Notes under the pieces: generated by a model
Told to the model about the DNA's origin: nothing
Seen by the model: only the letters and a program-made list of their open reading frames with translations
The model's database searches: none
DNA from: Candidatus Cloacimonadales bacterium
Lineage (GTDB): Bacteria; Cloacimonadota; Cloacimonadia; Cloacimonadales; DAONDQ01
Assembly: GCA_963662275.1 (NCBI GenBank)
Contig: OY759316.1
Coordinates: forward strand, 3,392,001 to 3,456,000
Direction: 5' to 3'
Length of the DNA: 64,000 nucleotides
Translations under genes and position numbers: made by a program
Shown here: one piece after another, positions 60,630-64,000 of the stretch
Numbering within the stretch: the first letter of the stretch is position 1
Layout of the letters: each line of letters opens with the position of its first letter

Positions 60630-61433
60630 TTAATCCAGCGGTCGTTTATTTTTGTGTTCTGCGATCCATTTCTTGGCTCTTGCTTGGATTTGTGATTTCT
60701 GGGTCGAGGTTAAATCATTGGTTATGCGATCTTCAGCTTGCTTTGCTGCAACATATTCTTTAGCAGAAGAAAGTAAATACCAAAAATATGCTTCAGGCTT
60801 ATTCTGAATTGTACCTTCACCATTTTCATAACATGTTCCTACAAGGTATTGCGCTTCAGGCTTCCCTTGTTTTGCTGCTTTGAGATACCACTTTAAAGCC
60901 TCTTTTTTATCCTGGACAACCCCTTCGCCCTTACTATAAGCATTACCGAGATAAATTTGTCCTACAGAACCTCCGTCTTTTGCTGCCTTGCCGTACCACT
61001 TGACTGCCTCTGATTTATCCTGAACAACCCCTGCGCCTATATCATAACAATATCCAAGATTATACTGAGCGCATGAATACCCTTGCACGATAGCCCAGCG
61101 AAACTTTGTTGCTTGATAAAACAACTTTACTGCTTCTTCTTTATTCTGAACAGCCCCTTCTCCCCTGATGTAACAAACCCCAAGATTGTTTTGCGCAAAG
61201 GCATATCCTTGTTCAGCAGACAACCGATACCACTTCACTGCTTTCTCAAAATCCTGATCGACCCCTTTTCCAAAATTATAGCAGCAGCCAAGGTTATATT
61301 GAGCTTTGGCATTTCCTTTCTCAGCAGATTGCTGTAAACCATCATAGTAACCGAAGTCGTAATAGTAATACAAATTGGCATGAACCATACCGATGGAAAG
61401 CAAGATAAAGAAGACTAAATAAATTCTACGCAA
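60630..61433 (-). CDS. Secreted Sel1-like repeat protein
   Basis: Repeated AQYNLG..Y..G.GV.QD...A.KWY. Confidence 0.9.
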   Translation of the reverse strand: MRRIYLVFFILLSIGMVHANLYYYYDFGYYDGLQQSAEKGNAKAQYNLGCCYNFGKGVDQDFEKAVKWYRLSAEQGYAFAQNNLGVCYIRGEGAVQNKEEAVKLFYQATKFRWAIVQGYSCAQYNLGYCYDIGAGVVQDKSEAVKWYGKAAKDGGSVGQIYLGNAYSKGEGVVQDKKEALKWYLKAAKQGKPEAQYLVGTCYENGEGTIQNKPEAYFWYLLSSAKEYVAAKQAEDRITNDLTSTQKSQIQARAKKWIAEHKNKRPLD

Positions 61434-61505
61434 ATTACACCTCTGATTTGAAGTTAAAATTTCACTTTCCCGGAAAGGGATTGAGCAATCTCAGTATTTT
61501 AAAAT

Positions 61506-64000
61506 CTATAATACTTTTTCCACATCCACAACATCGCTGGTAAGATCAGTCTTAACAGTAAAACCGTGTTTCCTGAAGACGCTTATCATGCGGTGATTAT
61601 CGGTAGAAGTCTGGGCTACAACCTTTTCCAGGTGCCAATGGGAGGCAATATCCATACAGAAATCTGTCAGTTGGCTGCCTAGCTTTTTATTCTGCCATTT
61701 TTCAGGTACAAGAACGGCATATTCCACAGTTTCATGATCTGGATCAGCAACTATACGGCCAATACCGATCAGCTTCTTCTGCCCTTCGACAAGAGTTTCA
61801 GCGACAATGGCAATTTCACGGTCATAATCGATAAAGCAATAGCGGATTGCCACTTCATGGGAATTCCAATTGAAGAAGTAACGGAAACGCTGGTAGATCG
61901 CTTCCTTGGAAGTACTGCCCAGCATATCCAGCCATAATGTCTCATCCTCAGGTTTGATAGGACGAAGCATCACTTCTGTTCCATCTGTGAGGGTGATCTG
62001 TTTGATATATTCCTCAGGATACGGACGTAAAGCCAAATGAGCATACGTTTCCATACCTGCAATCTTAGGAGTAACCACAACACGCGCATCCAGGGCAATC
62101 ACTCCCTGTGGTGTCGCTAACAGAGGATTGATATCCAGCTCTGAAATCTCCTGGTAATCCGCTGCCAGGTAAGACATGCGGATGAGAACTTCTATCAGTT
62201 TATCCAAGGTTACAGGCGGTTTTCCGCGATATCCTGTGAGTAATGGATAGATTTTGAGCTTTTCCAGCATTCTTCTGGCAAGCTTTTCATTCAAAGGTGG
62301 TAATTCCAAAGTACGATCAAGAAACAATTCAGCATAGATGCCACCTGTTCCGATTAAAAGAACAGCTCCGAACACAGGGTCACGCTTGATGCCGAGAATC
62401 AGTTCCACACCGTTCTCCAGGTCAACCATCGGCTGGACGGTTACGCCTTCAATGGTGGCATCGGGACGAAGCGTACGGGCATTATTGGTGATCTGTTCAA
62501 AGGCTTTTATCACTTCTTCGGGAGTATTCAGATTGAGAATGACACCGCCTACATCCGTTTTATGCGTAATTTGCGGAGAAAGTATCTTTAACACAACAGG
62601 ATAGCCGATTTGCTCCGAAAAAGCAACCGCCTTCTCTGCTGAATCAGCTAACTGTGGAAGTGTGGTGGATATGCCAAAAGATTCGAGCAGGTATTTGGAA
62701 GAGGCTTCTGAAAGAACATTATTTTCTTTTTTGATGATCTTATCAAACTTCTTTCTGAAGGCAGTTCTATCCAAAGTAAATTCTACAGGGATATCTTTGG
62801 GAGTTTCATATAAGGCTTTCAAATTCTTTCCATAATCCACCAAAGTCATGAAAGCGCTGATTGCCTGTTCAGGAGTATTATAGGTTGGGATACCTGCTTC
62901 CATGAGGATATTATCTCCTTCCCGCATACTACCTCCACCAACCCAGGCAGCCAGGATCGGCTTTTTGCTCTTTTCTCCAAGCAAACTTATTCCTCGCGCA
63001 GTACCGCTGGGATTGGTCATTGCCTGTGGAGTTAGAATCACCAGGACTGCATCAACATTGGTGTCTTCAAGAACAATAGAAACTGCTTTGGCATAGCGTT
63101 TGGCACGTGCATCCCCGAGTACATCAATAGGATTTCCATGTGACCAGAAAGGAGGTAAATTATCATTCAACTGATCCATAGTTGCATCTGAGAGTTTTGC
63201 CAGTTCACCGCCATAAGTGATCAGTGCATCTGTAGCCATGACACCCGGTCCCCCGGCATTTGTAACAATAGCCAGGTGTGGTCCGGCAGGAACTTTCTTA
63301 TGCCCGATCAGTTCTGCAACATCGAATATCTGCCCAATATCATAGACACGTGATATACCTGCACGCTGGAAAGCTGCATCATAGACATTATCAGCAGCAG
63401 CCATTGCTCCTGTATGAGAAGCAGCTACAGCGGCGGATTCAGGAAAGCGTCCTGCTTTATAGGCAATGATGGGTTTGCTGCGCGCAAAAGCACGACTGGC
63501 AGTCATGAATTTACGGGCATCTTTGATAGATTCTATATAAAGGATGATACATTTGGTCTCTTCATCTTCACCGAGATAATCGATCAGGTCACCAAAATCA
63601 ACATCGATGGTATTTCCAATGGAAACGAGATAAGAAAAGCCTATCTTTTGCTCGATCGCCCAGTCCAAAACAGAAGTGCAAAGCGCTCCTGACTGAGAAA
63701 CAAAGGCGATGTTTCCCTTTCGAGGCATACCATTACCAAAACTGACATTCAGCTTATTGGCGGGTGAGATAAATCCAAGACAATTGGGTCCCATGATACG
63801 CATCCCGGGATAGCTTTTACGTAGCTCTTCAATCTGCCTTTCCAAAATGATTCCTTCTTCTCCGGCTTCTTTGAATCCTGCAGAAACGATGATAATACCC
63901 AATATTCCGGCATCTCCGCACTTCTTGATATACTCCGGCACTTCTTTTGGATCTGCGCAGATAACACCTAGTTCAGGTGTGTTGGGAAGGGATTTGATAT
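61506..64000 (-). CDS. Acyl-CoA synthetase (NDP-forming)/GNAT fusion, Pat/PatZ-type protein acetyltransferase; 5' end outside window
   Basis: GPNCLG, SQSGAL, SHTGA, HKTDVGGV, ELDINP, C-terminal GNAT (IDYDREIA). Confidence 0.92.
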   Translation of the reverse strand, partial: IKSLPNTPELGVICADPKEVPEYIKKCGDAGILGIIIVSAGFKEAGEEGIILERQIEELRKSYPGMRIMGPNCLGFISPANKLNVSFGNGMPRKGNIAFVSQSGALCTSVLDWAIEQKIGFSYLVSIGNTIDVDFGDLIDYLGEDEETKCIILYIESIKDARKFMTASRAFARSKPIIAYKAGRFPESAAVAASHTGAMAAADNVYDAAFQRAGISRVYDIGQIFDVAELIGHKKVPAGPHLAIVTNAGGPGVMATDALITYGGELAKLSDATMDQLNDNLPPFWSHGNPIDVLGDARAKRYAKAVSIVLEDTNVDAVLVILTPQAMTNPSGTARGISLLGEKSKKPILAAWVGGGSMREGDNILMEAGIPTYNTPEQAISAFMTLVDYGKNLKALYETPKDIPVEFTLDRTAFRKKFDKIIKKENNVLSEASSKYLLESFGISTTLPQLADSAEKAVAFSEQIGYPVVLKILSPQITHKTDVGGVILNLNTPEEVIKAFEQITNNARTLRPDATIEGVTVQPMVDLENGVELILGIKRDPVFGAVLLIGTGGIYAELFLDRTLELPPLNEKLARRMLEKLKIYPLLTGYRGKPPVTLDKLIEVLIRMSYLAADYQEISELDINPLLATPQGVIALDARVVVTPKIAGMETYAHLALRPYPEEYIKQITLTDGTEVMLRPIKPEDETLWLDMLGSTSKEAIYQRFRYFFNWNSHEVAIRYCFIDYDREIAIVAETLVEGQKKLIGIGRIVADPDHETVEYAVLVPEKWQNKKLGSQLTDFCMDIASHWHLEKVVAQTSTDNHRMISVFRKHGFTVKTDLTSDVVDVEKVL

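Overview
A 64-kb AT-rich bacterial chromosomal segment. FlgD/T9SS-type C-terminal secreted proteins and a characteristic hypothetical family suggest Ca. Cloacimonadota (inference). Ordinary genes include a MalK-like ATPase, an HD hydrolase, an MFS transporter, a hybrid kinase, EmrAB-like efflux, AddAB-like helicase/nuclease, phnCDE, SRAP, alaS and a Pat acetyltransferase. They flank a ~17-kb accessory/defence island (16.6-33.3 kb) containing IS1182, an uncharacterised three-gene operon (DUF6932-like nucleotidyltransferase, an unknown 304-aa protein, a short DprA/SLOG protein) and a type II-C CRISPR-Cas locus (cas9 of 1047 aa, cas1, cas2, tracrRNA). The 20-repeat/19-spacer array is split inside a repeat by an IS21 element. 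That IS21 itself carries a nested 1861-bp IS and an 8-bp duplication that looks like an excision footprint. The 1861-bp IS occurs three times, each with an 8-bp TSD, and appears to need a +1 frameshift right after its start codon. Intergenic DNA holds several repeat families: REP-like palindromes (one amplified 12x in frame at a gene's 5' end), heptamer tandem repeats, and a dispersed element with 11-bp-phased GCGGT motifs. All homology calls come from motif recognition by eye; no database searches were run.
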